A program made the position numbers and the translations under genes. From an uncultured Verrucomicrobiae bacterium (lineage in GTDB: Bacteria; Chlamydiota; Chlamydiia; Chlamydiales; Rhabdochlamydiaceae): DNA of 11,700 nt. This document shows positions 1 to 8,401 of the stretch, one piece after another; position 1 is the stretch's first letter, and every line of letters starts with the position of its first letter. A model generated the notes under the pieces. It did no database searches, was not told the origin of the DNA, and saw nothing but the letters and a program-made list of their open reading frames with translations. Location of the stretch: positions 1-11,700 of the forward strand of contig CAWEXY010000001.1 in the NCBI GenBank assembly GCA_963813135.1, read 5' to 3'.

Positions 1-285
1 AAAATCCCCCTCGAAGAATGCATACGCCTCTACGTGCGCAAAGTAGGCGAGCGCTACAGCCTCCGCGAGCGGCCCAAAAATTACGATTGCGTCTTTCTTA
101 AAGATAAGAAATTCTGCCAAGTGTACGACGCACGCCCACAGCAGTGCCGCCGCTTTCCTTGGTGGGAAGAAAATTTAGAATCGCCCGCAAGCTGGGCCGA
201 AGAAAAGAAGCGGTGCGAAGGAATCGACCATCCCGACGCCCCACTTATTCCCCTCAAGGTGATAGAAGATGGACTCGAAAATTAA
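1..285 (+). CDS. YkgJ-family (CxxCxxCC / zinc- or Fe-S-chelating) cysteine-cluster protein, 5'-truncated by the window edge
   Basis: Frame is open from base 1 (KIPLEECIRLYVRKVGERYSL...). C-terminal family pattern CVFL...CQVYDARPQQCRRFPWW...CEGI. Stop at 283-285 overlaps the next gene by 17 nt. Confidence 0.8.
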   Translation, partial: KIPLEECIRLYVRKVGERYSLRERPKNYDCVFLKDKKFCQVYDARPQQCRRFPWWEENLESPASWAEEKKRCEGIDHPDAPLIPLKVIEDGLEN

Positions 286-1945
286 AGCCCGGATCGACGC
301 CTATCTGCAAGGCCCTTTCGATGAAAAGAGCAAACAAGAAGTCCGCGATCTTCTGAAAAGCAATCCCGAAGCTCTTGTCGATGCCTTTTTTACCGATCTC
401 TCTTTTGGTACGGGCGGCCTGCGCGGCCTCATGGGCGTCGGCACCAACCGCATGAACCTCTACACCGTCGCCAAAGCCACGCAAGGGCTCGCCAGCTACA
501 TCTGTAAACAAGGCAATCCCGAGGCTGGCGTTGTGATCGGCTATGACAGCCGCCATCATTCTAAAGAGTTTGCTGAAGAGACCGCCCGTGTTCTCGCCGG
601 CAATGGCGTCCGCGCCTTCCTCCTCCCCGAAATCCGTCCCACGCCTTTTGTCTCGTTTGCGACCCGCGCCAAAAAAGCTCAAGCCGGCGTGATGATCACC
701 GCCTCTCACAACCCCAAAGAATATAACGGCTACAAAGTCTACTGGAGCGACGGCGGCCAAGTCGTTCCTCCCCATGACAAAGGGATCATGGCCGAAGTGG
801 AAGCCGTGAAAGAAATCCGCCATAGCGACAATTTTGAAACTCTCGACAATACCCTCGATAGCGCCTATCTCGACGCCATCACAAAGCTGAAGCACTTTAA
901 TGAATCCTCCAACTTAAAAATCGCCTACACAAGCCTCCACGGCGTCGGCATTACCCTCATGCCCGAGGCGCTCAAAAGATGGGGCTTTCAAAACATCGCC
1001 TTCGTCGAAAAGCAGATCATCCCCAACGGCGACTTTCCCACGGTGAAATTTCCCAATCCCGAGTACCCAGAAACCCTCTCCCTCGGCATTGCGACCTTAG
1101 AAAAAACGAGTTCCGACATTTTGCTCGCGACCGATCCCGACGCCGACCGCCTTGCCGTCGCCGTCAAACACCAGGGCAAATCGGTCATCCTAAGCGGCAA
1201 CGAAATCGCTGCCCTCTGCACAAACTTCCTCTGCGAAACGCTCCAAGCGCAAAATAAAATGGCCCCCCGCGGCGCCGTCGTCACCACCATCGTCACGACC
1301 GAGCTTCTCAAAGAAATTGCCAAGGCCTACCGCTATGCCTGTTTTGAAGTGCTCACCGGCTTCAAATATATCGGCGAAAAAATCCATCAATGGGAAACGC
1401 ACGCCGATGGATATACCTTCCTCTTTGGCGCCGAAGAATCTTATGGCTATCTCCTCGGCACGCACAGCCGCGATAAGGACGGCATCGTATCCGGCTGCTT
1501 CATCGCCGAAATGGCCCACCAGCTCCAGAAAAAGGGACAAACCCTCGTCGATTATCTCCACGCTATCTATCGCCGATTTGGACTCTTCCGCGAGCAGCAG
1601 CTGTCCCTCGATTTTTCTCCCGGCCAGGCCGGAGCCGAGGAAATCAAAGCCCTCATGCAGCGCCTGCGCGCTCATCCCCCTACTAAAATCGGCACCCAAG
1701 CGGTGGTCTCCTGTGAAGATTTCCTAAAACCGACGCCTGAAAAACTGCCTCGCTCTGATGTCCTCCTCTTCCGTCTGGCTGACGAAAGCAAAATCATCAT
1801 TCGTCCATCGGGCACCGAGCCCAAGGTCAAAATCTACGCCGCTGTGCGGCAGAAGAAATTCGACTCCGTCGACCAAGCGATACAGGCCTGCGACGCCAAA
1901 CTGACAGCTCTTCTCGCCGCAATTAAAGTAGAATTAAAAAGTTAA
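269..1945 (+). CDS. pgm: Phosphoglucomutase/phosphomannomutase (alpha-D-phosphohexomutase), 558 aa
   Basis: All family motifs present: FGTGGLRG, catalytic-Ser ITASHNPKEYNGYK, metal loop DPDADR, sugar-binding GAEESYG, phosphate loop RPSGTEPK. Exact substrate cannot be determined from sequence. Confidence 0.93.
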   Translation: MDSKIKARIDAYLQGPFDEKSKQEVRDLLKSNPEALVDAFFTDLSFGTGGLRGLMGVGTNRMNLYTVAKATQGLASYICKQGNPEAGVVIGYDSRHHSKEFAEETARVLAGNGVRAFLLPEIRPTPFVSFATRAKKAQAGVMITASHNPKEYNGYKVYWSDGGQVVPPHDKGIMAEVEAVKEIRHSDNFETLDNTLDSAYLDAITKLKHFNESSNLKIAYTSLHGVGITLMPEALKRWGFQNIAFVEKQIIPNGDFPTVKFPNPEYPETLSLGIATLEKTSSDILLATDPDADRLAVAVKHQGKSVILSGNEIAALCTNFLCETLQAQNKMAPRGAVVTTIVTTELLKEIAKAYRYACFEVLTGFKYIGEKIHQWETHADGYTFLFGAEESYGYLLGTHSRDKDGIVSGCFIAEMAHQLQKKGQTLVDYLHAIYRRFGLFREQQLSLDFSPGQAGAEEIKALMQRLRAHPPTKIGTQAVVSCEDFLKPTPEKLPRSDVLLFRLADESKIIIRPSGTEPKVKIYAAVRQKKFDSVDQAIQACDAKLTALLAAIKVELKS

Positions 1946-1956
1946 GTCTTCTTTGC

Positions 1957-2670
1957 ATGAATAAAACAGCCCTCATCACCGGTGCGAGCAAAGGCCTTGG
2001 CCTTGCTCTCGCCCATCTTCTCGAGGAGAAAGGCTACCGGGTCATCGGCCTTGGCTACAATCACCTTCGCTACGAACTATCCGCCGATCGCCAAGCACTC
2101 ATCGAGCTTATCCGCAGGGAAACACCTTCTCTTGTCATCAATAACGCGGGATTTGGCCTCTATGGGGATGCCGTTGATCTTTCGGTGGCCGATCAACTGA
2201 ACATGATCGAGGTGAACTGCCGCGCAGCCGTTGAAATCACACTGGAGGCCGCACGCGCTCTTAAAGAAGCAACACTGCCCGGCACGATCGTTAACATCGC
2301 CTCGGCGGCCGCCTTTCTCGTATATCCCTCTTTTGCGACCTATGCCGCCAGCAAGACTTTTTTGCTCGCATGGTCGCAGTCGGTAGACGCCGAGCTCAAG
2401 CCCTGCGGCATTCGCGTGCTGACGAGCTGCCCGGGACAAATCAACACGGGATTTAGAGAGCGCGCATCACATGGCAAATCGTTGCGGCATGATTTTTGGA
2501 CGCTATCGGTAGAAAAGGTAGCAGCGCGCATTTATCGGCAAATTGAAAAAGGCAAAAGCGTCGATATCGTTAATGGATGGTATCGGTGGGGAATTGCGCT
2601 GGCAAAATGTCTTCCTAAATCCGTTGTACAAAGAGTTCTTCGATCCGCGATACAAAAACGTCTTTCTTAA
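1957..2670 (+). CDS. Short-chain dehydrogenase/reductase (classical SDR), 237 aa
   Basis: TGASKGLG nucleotide-binding motif, NNAG, catalytic Ser (NIASAA), YAASK (YxxxK), CPG.INT. Starts 11 nt after the pgm stop, so probably co-transcribed. Confidence 0.9.
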   Translation: MNKTALITGASKGLGLALAHLLEEKGYRVIGLGYNHLRYELSADRQALIELIRRETPSLVINNAGFGLYGDAVDLSVADQLNMIEVNCRAAVEITLEAARALKEATLPGTIVNIASAAAFLVYPSFATYAASKTFLLAWSQSVDAELKPCGIRVLTSCPGQINTGFRERASHGKSLRHDFWTLSVEKVAARIYRQIEKGKSVDIVNGWYRWGIALAKCLPKSVVQRVLRSAIQKRLS

Positions 2671-4762
2671 CGGGGTATTTCATGCGCGTGTGCCGCGTGA
2701 TCAGAAGCGTCTTGACCATGGCTTGCTTGATTTTTTTGACCTCTTCGAACGTCAGCTGGCAGTCGTCGAGCTGTCCATCCCGGATTTTATCTGTCACCAA
2801 TTGATCGACAAGCTCGATCGTCGCCTGTTCATCGGGCTGGTCCATGGATCGGAAGGCCGCTTCCACGGTATCGGCCATCATCAATATGGCAGATTCCTTC
2901 GAATGGGGCTTGGGCCCGCGATAACGGAAGGCGCCCTCTTCGATAAGGCTTTCCCCCATTTGTATCTGAGCATGGAAGAAACAATAAATAAGGCTCGTGC
3001 CATGATGTTCCCGGATGATATCGATGAAGCTTTGGGGGAGTTTATGCTGCTGGGCAAGGGCGACGCCATCGGTGACATGCGCCATGATCACTTGAGCAGA
3101 CTCTAAAGGCGTGAGGAGCCGGTGCATATTGAGGTCGTTCTGCTGGTTTTCAATGAAATAATGAGGGTTCACGAGCTTGCCAATGTCATGATAGAACGCG
3201 GCGACCCGGCAGAAAAGGCCATTCGCTCCGATCGCCTGGGCAGCAGCCTCTCCGATCACGCCCACAATGAGGGAGTGCTGATAAGTTCCTGGAGCATCTT
3301 GGCCCAGGCGCCTGAGCAAGGGATGGTTGGGGTCGGTGTACTCCATGAGCGTCATGTCGTTAACGATATAAAATGCCGATTCCAGCACCGGAAGAAGACC
3401 TGCCACGAGCAGACCAGTCCCGGCAAGGAATAGGAACGTCGTCGATAAGTCGGTCAAGAGACGAATGCCTCCCAAGGATCCTTCAAAAAGATTGAAGGCC
3501 ACAATGACAGGAACGAGCACCAGCCATATCCTCGCACACAACTCAAAGATGTCTTTGCGCCTGCGCACCCGCCGGCTGTTGAGGATGGCTACGAGGGCCG
3601 CGATCACATTGACGACTAGAAATTCATCATCATCGATGGCCAAGGTCAAGCATAAAACGACAGCTAAAAAGAAAGACGACATAAGAGCTACGTCTCTTCC
3701 GATGAGCAAAGAAATTAAAAGGGTGCCAAACACGACAAAGATAGGATAGCGGCAGAGTTCGACGAGATGGCCTGATTTATTGAGGAGAAAATACTCTGTG
3801 AGCTTTGCGACCGCAAGGGTAAGGATCACAACCGTTGCCAAGAGAGTGAGCTTGCGGAAAGAACGTAAAATGGAAGGGTGCTGCACTTTGAGATAGATAA
3901 CGCTCATCATCGTAAAGACAAATGCTAGAAGCAAACTCCCTGACACTGCCGTGGGGGTGATCAATGTAACGCTTTCCGACAAGGCGCGCTTCATCCCCTT
4001 CATCATTTCCAGATGGCGGGGCGTCACTTTCTGCCCTGCATCAATGATATGCGTTCCGGGTTCTACGTAGCTTTTTTTGCGGGGAATGCTCTCTTTCACC
4101 GCTTGCCGGATGGAATAAGCTTGGGCCATCTCTTCTTTGATCTCCCACTTCCCTGCGTTGCGATATAGCTGCAGAACAAATTCGACTTCGGGCCCTTGGA
4201 GGGTTACGATATCGTACCAGAGCTGATGAGGGAACGTTATCAAGCGTTCGGAACCAGGAACAAAAATATAGCACCCCTCTGTCGGATAGCCGATCTCGTG
4301 CATTTTTTGCAGCGTGCGTGCATCGACAAAGCTAGTGCGGAGCAAGGCATTCGCGATCGACTCCTTTGCGTTATACATCTTTTCGAAAGTCGCCATCGGC
4401 ATTTCTATGCGCCATTGATCGTTCGTTACAATGGCATTTTCTATCTCGGAAGCTCTCGCCTTGACCTGCTCTTGGTTCAACCTAAAAATTTTACCTACAT
4501 CGCGTGAACTCTCTTCCCGCAGCGTTTTCGTCGCTTCCACGTCTTCAAACTCAAAACCCACCTGGGCCAAAACATATTTTTCGGCCTTCGAATTCAACTC
4601 TAAAGTTTCGACGAAGACATCGCGGTAGTGAAGAAAAAAAGCGAGGATAACAGAGAAAAGAAGTCCCATCACAAGTCTTTTTCCCCATTTATCGGGGCGT
4701 AAAAACTTGAGCCGCCAAGAAGTATACCCCTCTTTCGGGCTCATGGTTTGAAGTGAGGCCAT
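2615..4762 (-). CDS. Membrane 7TM-HD (HDIG) phosphohydrolase, PgpH-like putative cyclic-dinucleotide phosphodiesterase, 715 aa
   Basis: N-terminal TM helix, large extracytoplasmic region, run of about 7 hydrophobic segments, then an HD domain with APGTYQHS, YHDIGK, AHVTDG, EHHGT, FRYRGPKP, MADTVEAA and C-terminal HTRMKYP. Alternative ATG at 4744. Confidence 0.87.
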   Translation of the reverse strand: MASLQTMSPKEGYTSWRLKFLRPDKWGKRLVMGLLFSVILAFFLHYRDVFVETLELNSKAEKYVLAQVGFEFEDVEATKTLREESSRDVGKIFRLNQEQVKARASEIENAIVTNDQWRIEMPMATFEKMYNAKESIANALLRTSFVDARTLQKMHEIGYPTEGCYIFVPGSERLITFPHQLWYDIVTLQGPEVEFVLQLYRNAGKWEIKEEMAQAYSIRQAVKESIPRKKSYVEPGTHIIDAGQKVTPRHLEMMKGMKRALSESVTLITPTAVSGSLLLAFVFTMMSVIYLKVQHPSILRSFRKLTLLATVVILTLAVAKLTEYFLLNKSGHLVELCRYPIFVVFGTLLISLLIGRDVALMSSFFLAVVLCLTLAIDDDEFLVVNVIAALVAILNSRRVRRRKDIFELCARIWLVLVPVIVAFNLFEGSLGGIRLLTDLSTTFLFLAGTGLLVAGLLPVLESAFYIVNDMTLMEYTDPNHPLLRRLGQDAPGTYQHSLIVGVIGEAAAQAIGANGLFCRVAAFYHDIGKLVNPHYFIENQQNDLNMHRLLTPLESAQVIMAHVTDGVALAQQHKLPQSFIDIIREHHGTSLIYCFFHAQIQMGESLIEEGAFRYRGPKPHSKESAILMMADTVEAAFRSMDQPDEQATIELVDQLVTDKIRDGQLDDCQLTFEEVKKIKQAMVKTLLITRHTRMKYPVKKDVFVSRIEELFVQRI

Positions 4763-4812
4763 ATCTGCTTCCCACTATACCCAAAAGGGACAATAATTTA
4801 TATTCCCCTTTA

Positions 4813-4999
4813 AGTTGGCCCGGGTTTGGTGCTTTATTCGGCGGTCTGCTAGATTTTCGATGAGGCCTTACAGGGGCTTTAGCCCCCCTAAACGCCCGCC
4901 GAGGACAATACGCCAGAGCCGCATATGGACGAGAAGGGCGGCATAAGAACTCGCGAAAAAATAGTGGAGCGACGATAAATGACTAAATCCGGGCCAACT
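4813..4999 (+). repeat. 187-nt fold-back (palindromic, MITE/RPE-like or structured-RNA) element A
   Basis: 4813-4830 AGTTGGCCCGGGTTTGGT pairs with 4982-4999 ACTAAATCCGGGCCAACT (18 bp, two G-U). Imperfect pairing continues inward to about 4870/4944. Two apical hairpins: GGGGC-TTTA-GCCCC (4873-4886) and CGCCC...GGGCG (4893-4940). Confidence 0.75.
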
Positions 5000-6345
5000 C
5001 AAATGTATCAATCACTGCCTCGCAAGTACCGCCCCCAGACTTTTCAAGCGCTCGTCGGCCAAGAAGCCATCGTTACGACGTTAAAAAATGCTTTAAAATT
5101 TAACCGTGTGGCCCATGCCTATCTCTTCTGCGGCTCACGAGGAACAGGGAAAACCTCGGTCGCTAGGCTTTTTGCCAAAGCCCTCAATTGTTCCCATCTC
5201 ACGTCCGACTTTGAACCGTGCAACAATTGCATTTCCTGCCAAGAAATTACTGGAGGAAGATCCCTCGATGTCCTCGAGATCGATGGCGCCTCCAACCGCG
5301 GCATCGATGATATCCGCCAAATCAATGAGACCGTGGGTTATGCCTCTTCTGCCGGCAAGTATAAAATTTACATCATCGATGAAGTCCACATGCTCACCAA
5401 AGAGGCCTTCAACGCCCTCCTCAAAACTCTCGAAGAACCTCCTGCTAATGTTAAGTTTTTCTTTGCCACGACAGAACCGCACAAGATGCCCGCGACGATC
5501 ATCAGCCGGTGCCAGCGCTTCGACTTCGGCCGCCTAAGCGCCGCTGAGATCGCCCTCAAACTCCGCAGCATCGCCCAGGACCAAAAAGCCCAAATCGAGG
5601 ATGAAGCGCTTCAACTGATTGCCCACCTTGCCGAAGGGGGCCTTCGCGACGCCGAATCTCTCCTCGATCAGCTCCTTTGTTATAGCGAAGGTCCGATCAC
5701 CTATAGTTCGGTAGCGCAGGCAGTCAGCCTCAGCCCCCGAGCCTATTACTTTCGCTTAGATGGAGCGATAGCGGACCGTAATCTTTCTTTTGCCTTTGAA
5801 CTTTCGCAAGAAATATTTTCTACCGGCAAAGAGATCGCTTCTTTTCTCGATGGGCTGATGCAGCATTTCCGCACGATCCTTCTTTTCAAGCTGAACCTCC
5901 CGCTTTCCACTTATCTGAGCGAGGCCGACAAGAAAGCCTACCTAGCCTCTGAAAAGCTCTATTCAGAAGAGGAATGCCTTTATGCGCTCGATTACACTAT
6001 GGGATGGTATAAGGAGCTCTCCAAAATCCCCTTCAAACAAGCGTTCCTCGAGATGATCCTCCTCCATCTTTTGCGCAGCAAGCAGCGGATTCCCCTCCCG
6101 TTCTCGTGCGCCGCCTCATTGAGCTTGATAAAGGAGCGGATGAGCCCAAGGAAGCTATTCCCGTAAGCGCTCCGCCGAAGCCAGTGACTGTAGAAAATAA
6201 AGCGATTCCTGAGCCGGCTATAGAACAAAAACCCGCTGCCGCTGAGGCGGCGCCTTCTGTAGAACCGGCGAAAACACCGCAGCACCGCTATGATACTCTT
6301 CTTCGCTTTGCCGCTGTCGAGCTCGAAGGAAGCGTTAAAAATTAA
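4979..6345 (+). CDS. dnaX: DNA polymerase III subunit gamma/tau; frameshifted near 6092-6100 (one base apparently missing)
   Basis: RKYRPQ, Walker A GSRGTGKT, Zn module C-x8-C-xx-C-xx-C, IDEVHML, SRC. ORF 4979-6166 continues in the -1 frame as VLVRRLIEL..., a Pro/Ala-rich linker, and RYDTLLRFAAVELEG, ending at 6345. Start is 4979 (GGAG upstream) or 5003. Confidence 0.93.
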
Positions 6346-6353
6346 GGATAATT

Positions 6354-6635
6354 ATGGGTAGTGGATTTTCGAAGATGAGAAAGCAGGCGCGCCAGTTGGA
6401 AGGCCAAATGGAGCAGATGCGCTCTGCTATGCAAAAAATCCAAGTCGTGGGAACTGCCGGCGGAGGGCTTGTAACGCTCACTCTCAACGGGGCCAACGAA
6501 CTCATTCACTTAGAGATCAAACCCGATTGTGTCGACAAAAGCGACATTGAAGGGCTGCAAGATCTCATCAAAGCGGCATACGCCGATGCATGCGCGAAAC
6601 TGCAGCAGCAATCACCTCAGGGTAATCTGTTTTAA
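6354..6635 (+). CDS. ybaB: YbaB/EbfC nucleoid-associated protein, 93 aa
   Basis: MGSGFSKMRKQA..., GTAGGGLVTLTLNG, D.EGLQDLIKAA. Canonical position after dnaX. AAGGA Shine-Dalgarno at 6344-6348. Confidence 0.92.
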   Translation: MGSGFSKMRKQARQLEGQMEQMRSAMQKIQVVGTAGGGLVTLTLNGANELIHLEIKPDCVDKSDIEGLQDLIKAAYADACAKLQQQSPQGNLF

Positions 6636-6636
6636 T

Positions 6637-8401
6637 TTACAGATGAGATTTTTCTTTCGATTCGATGACGCCTAAAAGGAAATGGGCGATATCACTGGAG
6701 GTTTTAAATTGCAGGACCTCATCTGCAATCTTTTGCGCTTCTAAAATCGTATACTTCCTAATGCTTCTTTTCAGAAGAGGTATGAAGCGCGGCGTGCAGG
6801 AAAATTTTTGGATCCCAAGCCCTAAGAGCAAGGGAATGAAGAGCGGGTTAGCGGCGATCTCGCCGCAGATCGTGACAGGCTTATTCTGCCGCTTGGCTTC
6901 GATCACGATCATCTTGATCATGCGAATGACGCCCGGGTGCGTGGGATAATAAAAATCGCTCATCGCAGGGTTGCTGCGGTCAATGCCCAGTGTGTATTGA
7001 ATGAGATCGTTCGTCCCGATCGCTAGAAAATCGCTTTCGCTGGCAAGCACATCGCAGACGAGGACGGCGGACGGGACTTCCAGCATGCATCCCAGAGGTA
7101 TATGGTCCGCGACAGGAGAGCCTTCCCTCTTTAGCTGCTGCTTGACTTCTTCGATGACTTGTTTGGCATCGCGCAGTTCATGAATATCTGAAATCAAAGG
7201 AAGGAGCAATCGGACATTCCCTTCAACGCTGGCGCGCAAAATAGCGCGCAGCTGGATTTTAAAGATGTCAGGATAGCGCATGAGGAAGCGAATGCCGCGG
7301 CACCCTAAAACGGGGTTGGGTTCATGGAGGAGGTCGGGAAAAAACGCGGGATATTTATCGCCGCCCAGGTCCATGACGCGGAATACGACGGATAGATTCT
7401 TGGCTTTATGCAGCATCGCCACATAGGCTTCATATTGCGCTTGCTCGTCAAAGAAGAGAGTCCGGTCCTGTAGAAAAAAGATATTCGGACCGGAAGAGTC
7501 CAACGCCGGAGGCCTCATAATGATGGATGAGGTCAAAATCGTTTAACGAGGCGGCGTTCGCATAGATCTTTACAGGATAGCCATCGATCGTCTCGGCTGT
7601 GAGCTGACGCTCGCTTTCTAAGTGTTGCTGCAAACGGGTTTTTTCTTTTTGTTTTTCCCGGTACCGCTGCAGAGACTCAGGAGAAGGATTGATGATGATT
7701 TCTCCTGTTTCTCCATCGACGATGACTTGTTTTCCTTGGTGTTCTTTGAGATTTTCCAGAGAAATGTTGGCAACATAAGGAATGCCTTTGGCGCGGGCGA
7801 TGAGGGCGGTGTGGGACGTGCCTCCGCCTCCTTGCGTCACCACAGCGCATACTTTGGAAGCCTCCAACGCGGCGGTGTCGGAAGGAATAAGCTCTCTTGT
7901 GAAGAGAACGGCGCTCGCTGGAATTCCATCCAAGAAAGGGCGGGTCCTTGGCCTTAAATGGCGCATCACCCTTTGTGAAAGATCTTTAACATCGATGATC
8001 CTTTGATGAAAAAAAGAATCGGGGATATGGGAAAAGCTCTGCTCGTAATCGTTGATCACCGTCTGAAAAACCGTCTCGGCGTTTTTGAGCATTTCTCGAA
8101 TCTTGCCCTCGACATTTTTCATGAGAGGATCTTCGAGCATTTGAATATGGGAGCCGATGATGGAGAGGACTTCTGTGGACCCTTCTTTCGCAAGATGCGC
8201 CTGCAAACGGCGTAAATCTTCCCTGCTGGACGAAAGGGCCCTGCGGTAACGGTAGATTTCTTGATCCACTTCGCTATGCTTGATCGGAAATTCAGGAATC
8301 TCTTCTTGGTCTAAAGGCGCATGGAAATGCGAAATGCCGATAGCAACTCCATCGCTAACGGGAGCTCCTCTCAGATATATTTCAACTTCGGTTTCGTTCA
8401 A
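6637..8401 (-). CDS. ptsI: PEP-protein phosphotransferase (PTS enzyme I); frameshifted at the A6 run 7474-7479
   Basis: ORF 7448-8401 carries the phospho-His motif GGGTSHTALIARAKGIP and GVGLFRSEYLF. ORF 6637-7536 carries RVMDLGGDK, NPVLGCRGIR, MLEVPSA, IGTNDLIQY, ICGE. Removing one T on the coding strand gives ...SEYLFLQDRT... and a protein of about 587 aa. TTG start overlaps the ptsH TGA stop. Confidence 0.92.

Noticed and set aside
254..1727. Antisense and alternative-frame ORFs over pgm, and similar ones over the HD gene, dnaX, ptsI and ndh (e.g. 2543-3106, 8758-9405)
   Set aside because: These are shadow ORFs of well-supported genes, with no recognisable motifs.
4785..4810. Small inverted repeat AAGGG..AATA....TATT.CCCTT and a TATAGT -10-like hexamer (4774-4779, minus)
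   Set aside because: Short and AT-rich with no convincing -35, so it cannot be distinguished from chance.
4763..4978. SRP RNA (ffs/scr) or tRNA upstream of dnaX, a common arrangement in other bacteria
   Set aside because: No SRP domain IV signature (CAGG...GGAA...AGCAG) and no tRNA cloverleaf or T-loop on either strand.
6106..6345. Independent 79-aa gene between dnaX and ybaB
   Set aside because: It is the frameshifted DnaX linker and C-terminus, and it has no RBS of its own.
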